Shown in pieces: positions 22,925 through 30,347 of a stretch of 45,929 nucleotides of DNA; the stretch's first letter is position 1; the number at the start of each line of letters is the position of its first letter. Source of the DNA: a virus; the IMG/VR virus record IMGVR_UViG_2894314779_000001, positions 1 to 45,929 of that record; one strand, 5' to 3'. Under the pieces are notes generated by a model. It was not told the origin of the DNA, searched no databases, and worked only from the letters and a program-made list of their open reading frames with translations. Position numbers and translations under genes: made by a program.

Positions 22925-24118
22925 ATGTCGGAACACAAGACTGCGGCGGAACTGGCCGCAGAGGTCAAGCGCGAATTCGAAACCAAGCACGACAAGGTGA
23001 AGGAGATTGCCGAGAAGGCGCTCGCTGAAGCCGAGAAAGGCGTGCCGATGGCAGCCACGGCAAAGGAGCTTGCTGACCAAGCCATCCTCGGTATGAACGA
23101 GGCTAAGGCCCGCTTGGACGAGATGGAGCAGAAGCTTGCTCGCCGCCGCGAGCAGAGCGACAGCGAGCGCACTGCCGGACAGCGGTTCGTCGAGGACGAA
23201 GGCTTCAAGGCGTTCGCCGGTCAGACCCGCCCGCGCGGCCGTCATATCGTCGAGGTCAAGGACATTACGTCTCTTACGACCGATGCCCCCGGTTCCGTGG
23301 GCACTCTTGTGCGCCCGGACCGGGCGGCCCCTGTCGAGCTGCCGCGCCGGCGCTTGACGATCCGCGCGCTGCTCGCTCAGGGCAACACCGGGTCGAACTC
23401 GATCGAGTACGACAAGGAAAAGGGCTTCACCAACAATGCGGCTCCGGTCGCTGAAGGTGCTCTGAAGCCCCAATCCGAAATCCAGTACGAGGAGGCGACC
23501 GCCCCGGTTCGCACGATCGCACACTGGATGCGTGCTTCGGTCCAGATCCTTGCGGATGCCCCCGGCCTCCGCTCGATGATCGACAACCGCCTCCGGTATG
23601 GTCTTGCCTATGTCGAAGAGAACCAGCTTCTCAATGGCAGCGGCACCGGCCAGAACCTCGAAGGCCTTGTGACGGTAGCGACGCCGTTCGCGGCTCCCGG
23701 CGGGCTCACCGCAGGGCAGATGATCGACACGGTGCGCCTGGGAATGCTTCAGGTGGCGCTTGCCGAGTACCCGCCGAACGGCATCGTCTTGAACCCGATC
23801 GATTGGGCTTTCATCGAAATGATGAAGGATGGCGATGGCCGCTATCTCATCGGCAACCCGCAGGGCACGCTTAATCCGACACTCTGGGGCCTGCCGGTGG
23901 TGCCGACCCAGGCGATGGGCGTGGACAAGTTCCTCGTCGGCGCATTCGACCTCGCAGCGCAGATCTTCGACCGTCAGGACGCGACGGTAGAGGTGTCTAC
24001 CGAAGATCAGGACAACTTCGTGAAGAACAAGGTCACGATCCGCGCGGAAGAGCGACTCGCCCTTGCCATCTATCGCGAAGAGGCCCTCGTCTACGGCGAC
24101 CTCGGCCGCGTTGCGTAA
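22925..24118 (+). CDS. Major capsid protein, HK97 family
   Basis: 397 aa, with an N-terminal coiled delta-like region followed by a capsid-fold-sized domain. AGGAGG RBS. Follows the protease. Confidence 0.9.
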   Translation: MSEHKTAAELAAEVKREFETKHDKVKEIAEKALAEAEKGVPMAATAKELADQAILGMNEAKARLDEMEQKLARRREQSDSERTAGQRFVEDEGFKAFAGQTRPRGRHIVEVKDITSLTTDAPGSVGTLVRPDRAAPVELPRRRLTIRALLAQGNTGSNSIEYDKEKGFTNNAAPVAEGALKPQSEIQYEEATAPVRTIAHWMRASVQILADAPGLRSMIDNRLRYGLAYVEENQLLNGSGTGQNLEGLVTVATPFAAPGGLTAGQMIDTVRLGMLQVALAEYPPNGIVLNPIDWAFIEMMKDGDGRYLIGNPQGTLNPTLWGLPVVPTQAMGVDKFLVGAFDLAAQIFDRQDATVEVSTEDQDNFVKNKVTIRAEERLALAIYREEALVYGDLGRVA

Positions 24119-24136
24119 CCCGTTCGGTTCATCAAG

Positions 24137-24158
24137 GAGGGCGGCTCACGCTGCCCTC
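24137..24158 (+). terminator. Possible attenuating hairpin after the capsid gene
   Basis: GAGGGCGGC-tcac-GCTGCCCTC stem with one mismatch. Only a weak T-run (TCTAT) follows. Confidence 0.3.
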
Positions 24159-24183
24159 TCTATGAACTGAGAGGAGACCCCAC

Positions 24184-24399
24184 ATGGCCACGATCAAAGC
24201 TATCCTCACCAAACCCCTCGACGGCGATCCGGAAGGCACCGAACGCGAGTTCAGCCAAGCCGACTTCGACCGGCTCAAGGCTAGGGGCGCCGTGCGCGCT
24301 GCGACGGATGGAGGCGAAAAGGCTGTCCCGAAAGTCGCGAACAAGGCTGCTCCCGCCGTCGCCAACAAGTCGGCAGGCGCCTCCAAGGCCAAGGCTTAA
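24184..24399 (+). CDS. Hypothetical head-module protein (71 aa, Ala/Lys-rich tail)
   Basis: Track ORF with GAGGAG upstream. Confidence 0.65.
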   Translation: MATIKAILTKPLDGDPEGTEREFSQADFDRLKARGAVRAATDGGEKAVPKVANKAAPAVANKSAGASKAKA

Positions 24400-24402
24400 T
24401 CC

Positions 24403-24963
24403 GTGCTGATCCCAGTCACTCCATCCACTCCGGTCGTCTCTCTGGCAGATGCGAAGCACCACCTTCGCGTCGAGCATACGGACGATGACGCCTATATCAC
24501 GGCCCTCATCGGGGCCGCGACGACGGCTGTCTCGGAGCGGCTGGAGCGGACTCTTGGAGCCACGACCTGGGATTACCGCATCGGCTCGGACGATATCTGT
24601 TGGGGCTTCGACATTCGCCTGCCGAAGCCCCCGTTGATCGAGGTGGTATCGGTCAAGTACATCGACACGGATGGGGCCGAGCAGACCTATGCCCCGGCCA
24701 ATTACCGGGCCTTCGGGATCGGTGGGCAGGGCGGCATCCGGCTTACCGGTGGCGCGTCCTGGCCTTCGCTGCGTTATGGCCCCGAGGCGGTGACAATCCG
24801 CTATCGGGCCGGCTACGAGAGCGTTCCCGAGCCGATCAGGCAGGCCATCCTCCTGATGATTGGCCAACTCTTCGCAAGCCGCGGTGAGATGGTGCCCGAG
24901 AACCTCACCGAGGATCCGGCGATCAAGTACCTGCTCGCTCCCTATCGGGTATTCGGGGTCTGA
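24403..24963 (+). CDS. Head-tail connector (gp6-like / DNA-packaging QLRG-type) protein
   Basis: SLADAKHHLRVEHTDDDAYITALIGAATTAVSERLERTL is the typical N-terminal signature. GTG start. Confidence 0.8.
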   Translation: MLIPVTPSTPVVSLADAKHHLRVEHTDDDAYITALIGAATTAVSERLERTLGATTWDYRIGSDDICWGFDIRLPKPPLIEVVSVKYIDTDGAEQTYAPANYRAFGIGGQGGIRLTGGASWPSLRYGPEAVTIRYRAGYESVPEPIRQAILLMIGQLFASRGEMVPENLTEDPAIKYLLAPYRVFGV

Positions 24964-24965
24964 TC

Positions 24966-25328
24966 ATGCCGGTCCACCTCGGCTCCGTCGCCGTCACCAC
25001 GCACGACGGCTATACCGTCACGCGCTTTGCGGACGGCAAGGAAGTCCACGCCCATCATGCCGAACAGCCCGGACAGGCGGATACCGCCAGGAGTCTCGGC
25101 TACCGGGACGCAGTTGCCATGAACCGCGACCACGATCTGACCCATTCCCTTCTCGCTTACTGGCTCGGCCTGCCTTGCTCCCCGACGCTCCGGGATGTGG
25201 CAAGCGGAGCCCCGGCAACAGAGATCCACTACCTCGAGGAAGCGGCCGTGCTGGCGATCCAGCGGTTCGCCAATGCCACAGGCGTGCCGCTCCTTGAGGT
25301 TGCTCGCACCATCAGCAGAGGAGCCTGA
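24966..25328 (+). CDS. Hypothetical protein (120 aa)
   Basis: Track ORF within the head-tail joining cluster. Confidence 0.6.
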   Translation: MPVHLGSVAVTTHDGYTVTRFADGKEVHAHHAEQPGQADTARSLGYRDAVAMNRDHDLTHSLLAYWLGLPCSPTLRDVASGAPATEIHYLEEAAVLAIQRFANATGVPLLEVARTISRGA

Positions 25329-25329
25329 C

Positions 25330-25518
25330 ATGGCACAAAAGGCAAAGTTCGCGAAGGATTACGACTACCGCGTCAGCTTCGGCAAAGAGGTCGCCTACAA
25401 GAAGGGCTTTGAGGGCCTGATCCCGGAAGCCCACTACGAGGCAGCGAAAGCAGCCGGGGTGCTTGAGGGGGAGGCTGCCCCGGCTCAGACCGAAGCCAAG
25501 GCGAAGGCCAAGGGCTGA
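25330..25518 (+). CDS. Hypothetical small protein (62 aa)
   Basis: Internal Met MAQKAKFAKDYDYRV lies one nt after the previous stop. Its stop overlaps the next start. Confidence 0.5.
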   Translation: MAQKAKFAKDYDYRVSFGKEVAYKKGFEGLIPEAHYEAAKAAGVLEGEAAPAQTEAKAKAKG

Positions 25519-25856
25519 TGTCTGCAGGTGCCCTGCGCGACCGTATCCGCTTCGAGAAGCGGGCGGAGGCCGATGACGGCTATGGCAACACCGTCTCGGA
25601 TTGGACGCCCCAATTCGAGCGGGCTGCCGAGATCCGGCCCTTGAAGGGTTCGGAACAGGTCATCGCGTCTCGGCTTCAGGGCACGCAACCGGCGCTTATC
25701 CTCGTGCGCTACGACTCGCAGACGGCGACCATCACGCCCGAATGGCGGGCTGTCGATGCCCGGAGCGGGACGACCTACAACATCCAGACGGCTGCCGACA
25801 TGGAGCGCCGGCGCGAGTACATCACCATGATGTGCACCGCAGGAGGCTCGGCATGA
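25518..25856 (+). CDS. Head closure / head-tail adaptor protein (SPP1 gp16-type)
   Basis: LRDRIRFEKRAEADDGYGNTVSDWTPQFERAAEIRPLKGSE ... YNIQTAADMERRREYITMMC fits the head-tail joining family. Confidence 0.8.
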   Translation: MSAGALRDRIRFEKRAEADDGYGNTVSDWTPQFERAAEIRPLKGSEQVIASRLQGTQPALILVRYDSQTATITPEWRAVDARSGTTYNIQTAADMERRREYITMMCTAGGSA

Positions 25857-26362
25857 GCAAGATCGGCGGCCGGGAGCGGCTACTCAAGAAGATGGCGGCC
25901 ATTCCGCAGGCGATCCGCAAGGATATCGCCTCTGCGATCGAGGCTGGAGCGAATGACATCGTGTCGCTGCAGAAGCAGCTTGCGCCAAAGCAGAGCGGCG
26001 ACCTGAGGAACTCCATTCGGGCGGTGAAGGGAAGCTATACCCCGGAGAACGCGAATGTCCGTGGGATGAGCGCGAGTGCGGCAGAAGGGAACGATCCGGA
26101 CCTGACCGTGCACATAGTGGCCGGCGATGACAAGGCTTGGTACGCCCGCCTGGTCGAGTTCGGCACGGCGCCGCACGAGATCCGGCCCAAGCGCCCGGGC
26201 GGGCTCCTGAACGTCTATGGCCGCATGATCGAGAGCGTCTCGCACCCTGGTGCGAAGCCCAGGCCCTTCTTCTATCCTGCCTACCGGGCGCTGCGCCGGC
26301 GCGTCAAAGGCCGTATCACCCGCGCCACGAAACAGGCTATCAAGAAGGTTGCCTCCGAATGA
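25853..26362 (+). CDS. HK97 gp10-family tail-completion protein
   Basis: KAWYARLVEFGTAPHEI ... HPGAKPRPFFYPAY is the gp10 family pattern. ATGA overlap at 25853. Confidence 0.8.
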   Translation: MSKIGGRERLLKKMAAIPQAIRKDIASAIEAGANDIVSLQKQLAPKQSGDLRNSIRAVKGSYTPENANVRGMSASAAEGNDPDLTVHIVAGDDKAWYARLVEFGTAPHEIRPKRPGGLLNVYGRMIESVSHPGAKPRPFFYPAYRALRRRVKGRITRATKQAIKKVASE

Positions 26363-26763
26363 GCGCGGCTCTTGCCCTGCAGAAGGGCATCAACACCACG
26401 CTGCGCAGCACCGCTCCCCTGCAGGCCCTCGTCGGAAGCCGAGTGCTAGACCGGGTGAATGCGGGCGAAACCCTGCCTTACGTCCATCTGCGGCAGTTCC
26501 AGGAGATCGACGACAGCACGTCGTGCGGGGATGCCTGGGAGGTCTATGGGGATGTCGATGTCTGGTCCGACACCCCAGGCAAGGTTCAGGCGTCCCAGAT
26601 TGCGAGCCTCGTTCGCGATGCGCTGCATGAGCAGGACATTCCTCTCGATGAGCCTTACGCGCTTGTCGAACTTCGCCACCGTGACACCCAGATCGGGGAC
26701 GGTGGCGACGGGCTGCTGACCCGCGCTCGCATCAGCTTCCGGGCGCTCATCGAGCGCGTCTAA
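26359..26763 (+). CDS. DUF3168-like tail terminator / tail-completion protein
   Basis: LQKGINTTLRSTAPLQALVGSRVLDRVNAGETLPYVHL, and its position directly before the major tail gene. Confidence 0.65.
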   Translation: MSAALALQKGINTTLRSTAPLQALVGSRVLDRVNAGETLPYVHLRQFQEIDDSTSCGDAWEVYGDVDVWSDTPGKVQASQIASLVRDALHEQDIPLDEPYALVELRHRDTQIGDGGDGLLTRARISFRALIERV

Positions 26764-26785
26764 ACCCAGCCAGGAGATATCTGCG

Positions 26786-27226
26786 ATGGCAAAGCCTACC
26801 ACCGTATCGGCAGCGAAGCTGCTCATTCTGATCGGGGATGGTGCCACCCCCGAAGTGTTCGCCGCCCCCTGCGGCCTCACGTCCCGCGGCATCAACTTCT
26901 CAAAAGAGACGAACGACACTCAGGTTCCTGACTGCGCCGATCCGGACGCCCCGCAGTGGGTGGAGCGCGTGACGACCGCGTTGAGCGGCACGGTATCGGG
27001 CTCGGGTGTCCTGGCTCAGGAAGCCCTCGCGACCTGGCGCACGTTCTTCTTCTCGACCGAGTCCCGCAACTGCCGCATCCGGATCGACGGCGGCACCGGC
27101 TGGGGCCATTGGGAAGGCAAGTTCCTCTGCACGACCTTCAACGTGACCGGCGAGAACGGCGAGAAAGTCGGGGTTGAGATCGAGCTTCAGAACGACGGCG
27201 AAATCACGTGGGTGGCTGCCACATGA
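26786..27226 (+). CDS. Major tail (tube) protein, TP901-1/GTA-like
   Basis: 146 aa with an AGGAG RBS. It lies directly before the chaperone pair and resembles GTA-type major tail proteins. Confidence 0.8.
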   Translation: MAKPTTVSAAKLLILIGDGATPEVFAAPCGLTSRGINFSKETNDTQVPDCADPDAPQWVERVTTALSGTVSGSGVLAQEALATWRTFFFSTESRNCRIRIDGGTGWGHWEGKFLCTTFNVTGENGEKVGVEIELQNDGEITWVAAT

Positions 27227-27654
27227 GTTCTGATGCTTCGGTGTCGTTCGATTGGGCGGATGGCGAGTACACTTTCAGGCTTGCCATCGGCCAACTACGG
27301 GAGCTGCAGGACAAGACCGGCGTCGGTCCTTATGCTCTGCTTGCCCGCCTGATCGATGGTACATGGCGGGTGGATGACCTGCGCGAAACCATCCGCCTCG
27401 GTCTGATCGGCGGCAAGGTCGATCCGCTGAAGGCTCTTGGTCTCGTTCGGACCTATGTCGAGGGGCGCCCTCTCGCGGAGAGCGTCAACCCCGCCAAGGC
27501 GATCCTCTCGGCCGCCATCTTCGGCAATCCGGAAGATCCCGTGGGAAAACAGAAGCCGGAGGAGACCGACCGAGCGACGGACGGCTCCGCTTCTCCGAGC
27601 TCTACGGATCCGGAGCCGTCCTCGGGTGGACAGCCCGAGCCGTCGACGAACTGA
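27223..27654 (+). CDS. Tail assembly chaperone (lambda gpG / GTA g10 analogue), zero-frame product
   Basis: FDWADGEYTFRLAIGQLRELQDKTGVGPYALLARL is GTA-gp10-like. It lies between the major tail and tape measure regions. Confidence 0.8.
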   Translation: MSSDASVSFDWADGEYTFRLAIGQLRELQDKTGVGPYALLARLIDGTWRVDDLRETIRLGLIGGKVDPLKALGLVRTYVEGRPLAESVNPAKAILSAAIFGNPEDPVGKQKPEETDRATDGSASPSSTDPEPSSGGQPEPSTN

Positions 27655-27788
27655 GCCTCTGGGAACTCGCCGCTGCGATCGACGGGCACAACCGCGCACA
27701 TGCGGCCGAGGAAGAGCCTGTCGATCCTCTGACGGCCGAGGAGTTCGACGACATGCTCAGCCGTCACGCTGATTGGATCAACGGCTAG
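27223..27788 (+). CDS. Frameshifted tail chaperone fusion (gpGT analogue), about 188 aa, -1 shift at 27549
   Basis: The -1 frame extension reads ...LRFSELYGSGAVLGWTARAVDELSLWELAAAIDGHNRAHAAEEEPVDPLTAEEFDDMLSRHADWING. It has no start codon of its own and resembles the GTA g11-type segment. Confidence 0.6.
27543..27549 (+). promoter_or_regulatory. Programmed -1 ribosomal frameshift slippery heptamer G GGA AAA
   Basis: X XXY YYZ pattern in the zero frame (GTG GGA AAA). The -1 frame stays open from here to the TAG at 27786-27788. A possible stem GGAGACCG/CGGCTCC follows about 12 nt downstream. Confidence 0.65.
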
Positions 27789-27811
27789 CCTTCAGTGTCG
27801 GAGGGATTGGG

Positions 27812-27928
27812 CTAGCGAGGGCGGGGGTGGGGCTTTTCGGGGCGTGTCGCAACCCAATAGACAATCCCGCCGACAATCAGGGCACCAACAGGCGTAACCA
27901 TCAGAGACAGAAACTGCGCAGTGGTCAT
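27812..27928 (-). CDS. Tiny single-pass membrane peptide (38 aa), not in the ORF track
   Basis: Hand translation gives MTTAQFLSLMVTPVGALIVGGIVYWVATRPEKPHPRPR. Its ATG overlaps the stop of the upstream 73-aa gene (ATGA). Confidence 0.4.
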   Translation of the reverse strand: MTTAQFLSLMVTPVGALIVGGIVYWVATRPEKPHPRPR

Positions 27929-28146
27929 TTGAGGCTCCCAAGAATGGCCCTTGCCAGGAGATGTAAGACGACGCTGATGATTATGCAAATCACGCCGCTG
28001 ATAGAGGTTCCCAGCAACGAGGTCGCTGGCGAGCCATTGAGGGCGGAGATCATAGGGGCTAACCCGCCAACAGCAACCACGGCAATGGCAACACCATTCA
28101 GGTAAGTGGCTGAGAGCTTTGCTCTTTCGTTATGGATAAGGCTCAT
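27925..28146 (-). CDS. Small two-pass membrane protein (73 aa)
   Basis: Hydrophobic spans VAIAVVAVGGLAPMISAL and GVICIIISVVLHLLARAIL. ATGA overlap with the RHH gene stop. Confidence 0.65.
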   Translation of the reverse strand: MSLIHNERAKLSATYLNGVAIAVVAVGGLAPMISALNGSPATSLLGTSISGVICIIISVVLHLLARAILGSLK

Positions 28147-28466
28147 TCTTCGCCTTCAGAGGAGGGGGAGGGCTTGATGTCCCGTTTCTTGGTAGACGCC
28201 GGGGCAGCCTGGAAGAGTTCAAGCGCCTCTCGGATTTCCGCTAAGGTCTCTTGGTTGCGGTCGATTTGGTCAATGGCGACTTGGAGAAGGGCCTCCTTCG
28301 ACATTCTCGATAGGATATCGAACCTTTGCTCTTTGTCGAAGCTACGCTCCAGGCGCGCTAATATCTCGGCCGTCATAGAACGCCTGTTGGCTTCGGCGGC
28401 CTTCTCGACCTTGGCGCGAAGCTCTTCTGGGAAGCGCAGGCGGAAATGAGGATCTTCTCTCGACAT
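28143..28466 (-). CDS. Arc/Mnt-type ribbon-helix-helix repressor (107 aa)
   Basis: PHFRLRFPEELRAKVEKAAEANRRSMTAEILARLERSF matches the Arc-like DNA-binding domain. Start at MSREDPHF (28466). Confidence 0.75.
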   Translation of the reverse strand: MSREDPHFRLRFPEELRAKVEKAAEANRRSMTAEILARLERSFDKEQRFDILSRMSKEALLQVAIDQIDRNQETLAEIREALELFQAAPASTKKRDIKPSPSSEGEE

Positions 28467-28530
28467 GCCACACCTATGGCCAAAAAATCGTTTGACGTCG
28501 ATGCCACACGGTTGTACAAAGTAATGGCCA
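28465..28530. promoter_or_regulatory. Divergent control region of the two RHH genes, with repeated motifs
   Basis: ATGCCACAC at 28465-28473 and 28501-28509. ATGGCCA at 28476-28482 and 28524-28530. TTGACG (28492-28497), 17-nt spacer, TACAAA (28515-28520) facing the plus-strand gene. Confidence 0.45.
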
Positions 28531-28552
28531 TTGATTGGACAAGGAGATGTAT

Positions 28553-28774
28553 ATGGCGCGTGGCGACCCGCACATGAGGGTTCGCATCCCTCAAGATCTG
28601 AGAGAGCGGCTTCGGGCATCGGCCCAGACGAATTTTCGGACAATGAACGCTGAACTGGTGTTTCAGCTAGATCGCTCCCTGCCCCGGCAGGGGGAGAAGA
28701 ACGATGACGGGGTGAAGTTTGGCGACCGAGCCCCGTCATCGTCGCAATCGGCGCCGGTTACCAGCCGGGCCTAA
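28553..28774 (+). CDS. Arc-type ribbon-helix-helix repressor (73 aa)
   Basis: PHMRVRIPQDLRERLRASAQTNFRTMNAELVFQLDRSL. The ATG at 28553 follows AAGGAG; the track ORF starts at an upstream TTG. Confidence 0.75.
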   Translation: MARGDPHMRVRIPQDLRERLRASAQTNFRTMNAELVFQLDRSLPRQGEKNDDGVKFGDRAPSSSQSAPVTSRA

Positions 28775-28797
28775 CCACTCGATGAAAGGACCATCGA

Positions 28798-29682
28798 ATG
28801 ACTGACAGGAAAATGCCTCCGGCTCAGGCAGAAAACAAGAGCCGACCGAGGGTGGCCTACTTTGGAGCAAGCAAGCTCGGGATGGAGTGCGCTGTTCTCG
28901 ATGATGGCCGGAGCGGCTACATCCAGCGGAGCCTACAGACGGCTGTGGGGATGAACCGCAAACTTCCGGTTCGCGCTTTTGAGGATTTTTGCGCGAAATT
29001 CGCTCCTAAAGCTTTGGAATTCCTAGAGAAATCGGGTTCGCGCTTTGAAGAGGTCGTGATGCCCCACGGCGGCTCTGCCGTATGGGTTGAAGCAGGCTTT
29101 CTCACGAAGCTCGCCGGAGGCATCATCGACTCGGCGTTGCGTGGGCGATTGAAGGCCAACCAAAAGCACATGATCGCGCCATGTCAGGCTCTGATCGAGG
29201 CCTTGGGAGAAGTTGGTGAGGTCGCTCTGATCCACGAGGCTACCGGCTACCAGTACCACAGGGCCCCCGACGCCCTTCAGGATCTGTTCTCTAAACTGAT
29301 CCGCGAGACGGCTGCCGATTGGGAACGCCGGTTCCACCCGGAGTACTATTCGGCTCTCTGCAAGCTGTGGGGCTTCAAGTACGGGAACAAGCATCGGGCT
29401 CTGCCGCCAGTCATCGGCAAGGTGACGATGGATTGGGTCTATGGCGTCGTGTTCCCGCCTGAGATCATTGCGGAGGTGAAGTCTCGGGCCAAATCCGAGA
29501 AGCTGCATCAGTGGCTCACGGAGGAGGGCGGTCTAAAGCTCCTCGAAAAGCAGCGTGACGCTGTGATGATGATTGCTCGCTCATCGGTCGATTACAAAGA
29601 CTTCGAAGCTCGCTGCTCGGTTGCCTTCTATCGTCCCGGCCAGCAGGTTCTCATGAACTTCCCACAAGCGGAGGCGGCATGA
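28798..29682 (+). CDS. P63C-domain protein (294 aa), function unknown
   Basis: VALIHEATGYQYHRAPDALQDLFSKLIRETAADWERRFHPEYYSALCKLWGF matches my recollection of the P63C signature (vDEATGYQ ... W.k.FP.eFY). Confidence 0.8.
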   Translation: MTDRKMPPAQAENKSRPRVAYFGASKLGMECAVLDDGRSGYIQRSLQTAVGMNRKLPVRAFEDFCAKFAPKALEFLEKSGSRFEEVVMPHGGSAVWVEAGFLTKLAGGIIDSALRGRLKANQKHMIAPCQALIEALGEVGEVALIHEATGYQYHRAPDALQDLFSKLIRETAADWERRFHPEYYSALCKLWGFKYGNKHRALPPVIGKVTMDWVYGVVFPPEIIAEVKSRAKSEKLHQWLTEEGGLKLLEKQRDAVMMIARSSVDYKDFEARCSVAFYRPGQQVLMNFPQAEAA

Positions 29683-29852
29683 GCGACATCCGGAAGCAAA
29701 TCCGCGCCCAGATCATCACGTATATGGCCGAGGCAAAAGCTAATGGGCTCGACCCCTACAAGGCAGCCAGGAGAGCCTTCCCAGGGACGCCTGATAATGT
29801 TCTGATTTTGGCCCTCTGCGATTTGGACTCTCAGGAAGAAGAAGCTTGGTAG
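29679..29852 (+). CDS. Small hypothetical protein (57 aa), not in the ORF track
   Basis: Hand translation gives MSDIRKQIRAQIITYMAEAKANGLDPYKAARRAFPGTPDNVLILALCDLDSQEEEAW. ATGA overlap with the P63C gene stop. Confidence 0.45.
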   Translation: MSDIRKQIRAQIITYMAEAKANGLDPYKAARRAFPGTPDNVLILALCDLDSQEEEAW

Positions 29853-29991
29853 CAGTCGATGGAAAAGACCATCGATGGCGAGATAGTCCGCAGGGCGCTC
29901 GAAAACCAAGCCTAGAAAAGAAGCGGCCCTCGTCAGTGCTGGCACACCGGGCGAGGGCCTAACCCCAACAACTTAGATAGGATAAGTTGCC

Positions 29992-30312
29992 ATGGCTCAT
30001 GGACAACATACGACACGTCGCGCCCTTTTAGTAGGGGCGGCAGCCACAATTCTCGCCGGGAACGTTGCTGGAGCCCCTCTGTCTAAGCAGCCAGAAATGC
30101 TCCGCTTTCGTGCAGAGCAGCTGATCCAAGACGCTTTGCGCGCTCGCATAGCTCTTGTTCTTCACCCTGAGACAGGCGGAATTTGGGTGACGGAGCCCGT
30201 AGACGATCCTCAGACCGAGGAGGAAATGCAGCTCTGGCATCGGCTGAAGCGGCGGCTGCATGATGACCCGGTACTGAAGGCGGAGGTGAAAGCGGTTCTC
30301 GCAGCATCTTGA
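29992..30312 (+). CDS. Small exported protein with a Tat-type signal peptide (106 aa)
   Basis: MAHGQHTTRRALLVGAAATILAGNVAGAPLS contains the twin-arginine motif TRRALL followed by a hydrophobic region. Confidence 0.7.
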   Translation: MAHGQHTTRRALLVGAAATILAGNVAGAPLSKQPEMLRFRAEQLIQDALRARIALVLHPETGGIWVTEPVDDPQTEEEMQLWHRLKRRLHDDPVLKAEVKAVLAAS

Positions 30313-30317
30313 AGCAC

Positions 30318-30347
30318 AAAGGGCGCTCTATGGGGTGCCCTTTTTCT
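30318..30347. terminator. Bidirectional intrinsic terminator between convergent genes
   Basis: AAAGGGC ... GCCCTTT stem (30318-30324 and 30337-30343) is flanked by an A-run and TTTTTCTC. It overlaps the last codons of the minus-strand gene. Confidence 0.55.

Noticed and set aside
18656-24867. Minus-strand ORFs opposite the terminase, portal, capsid and connector genes (for example 18822-19763, 20270-21151, 22607-23524, 24160-24867)
   Set aside because: These are shadow ORFs within a clearly plus-strand structural operon.
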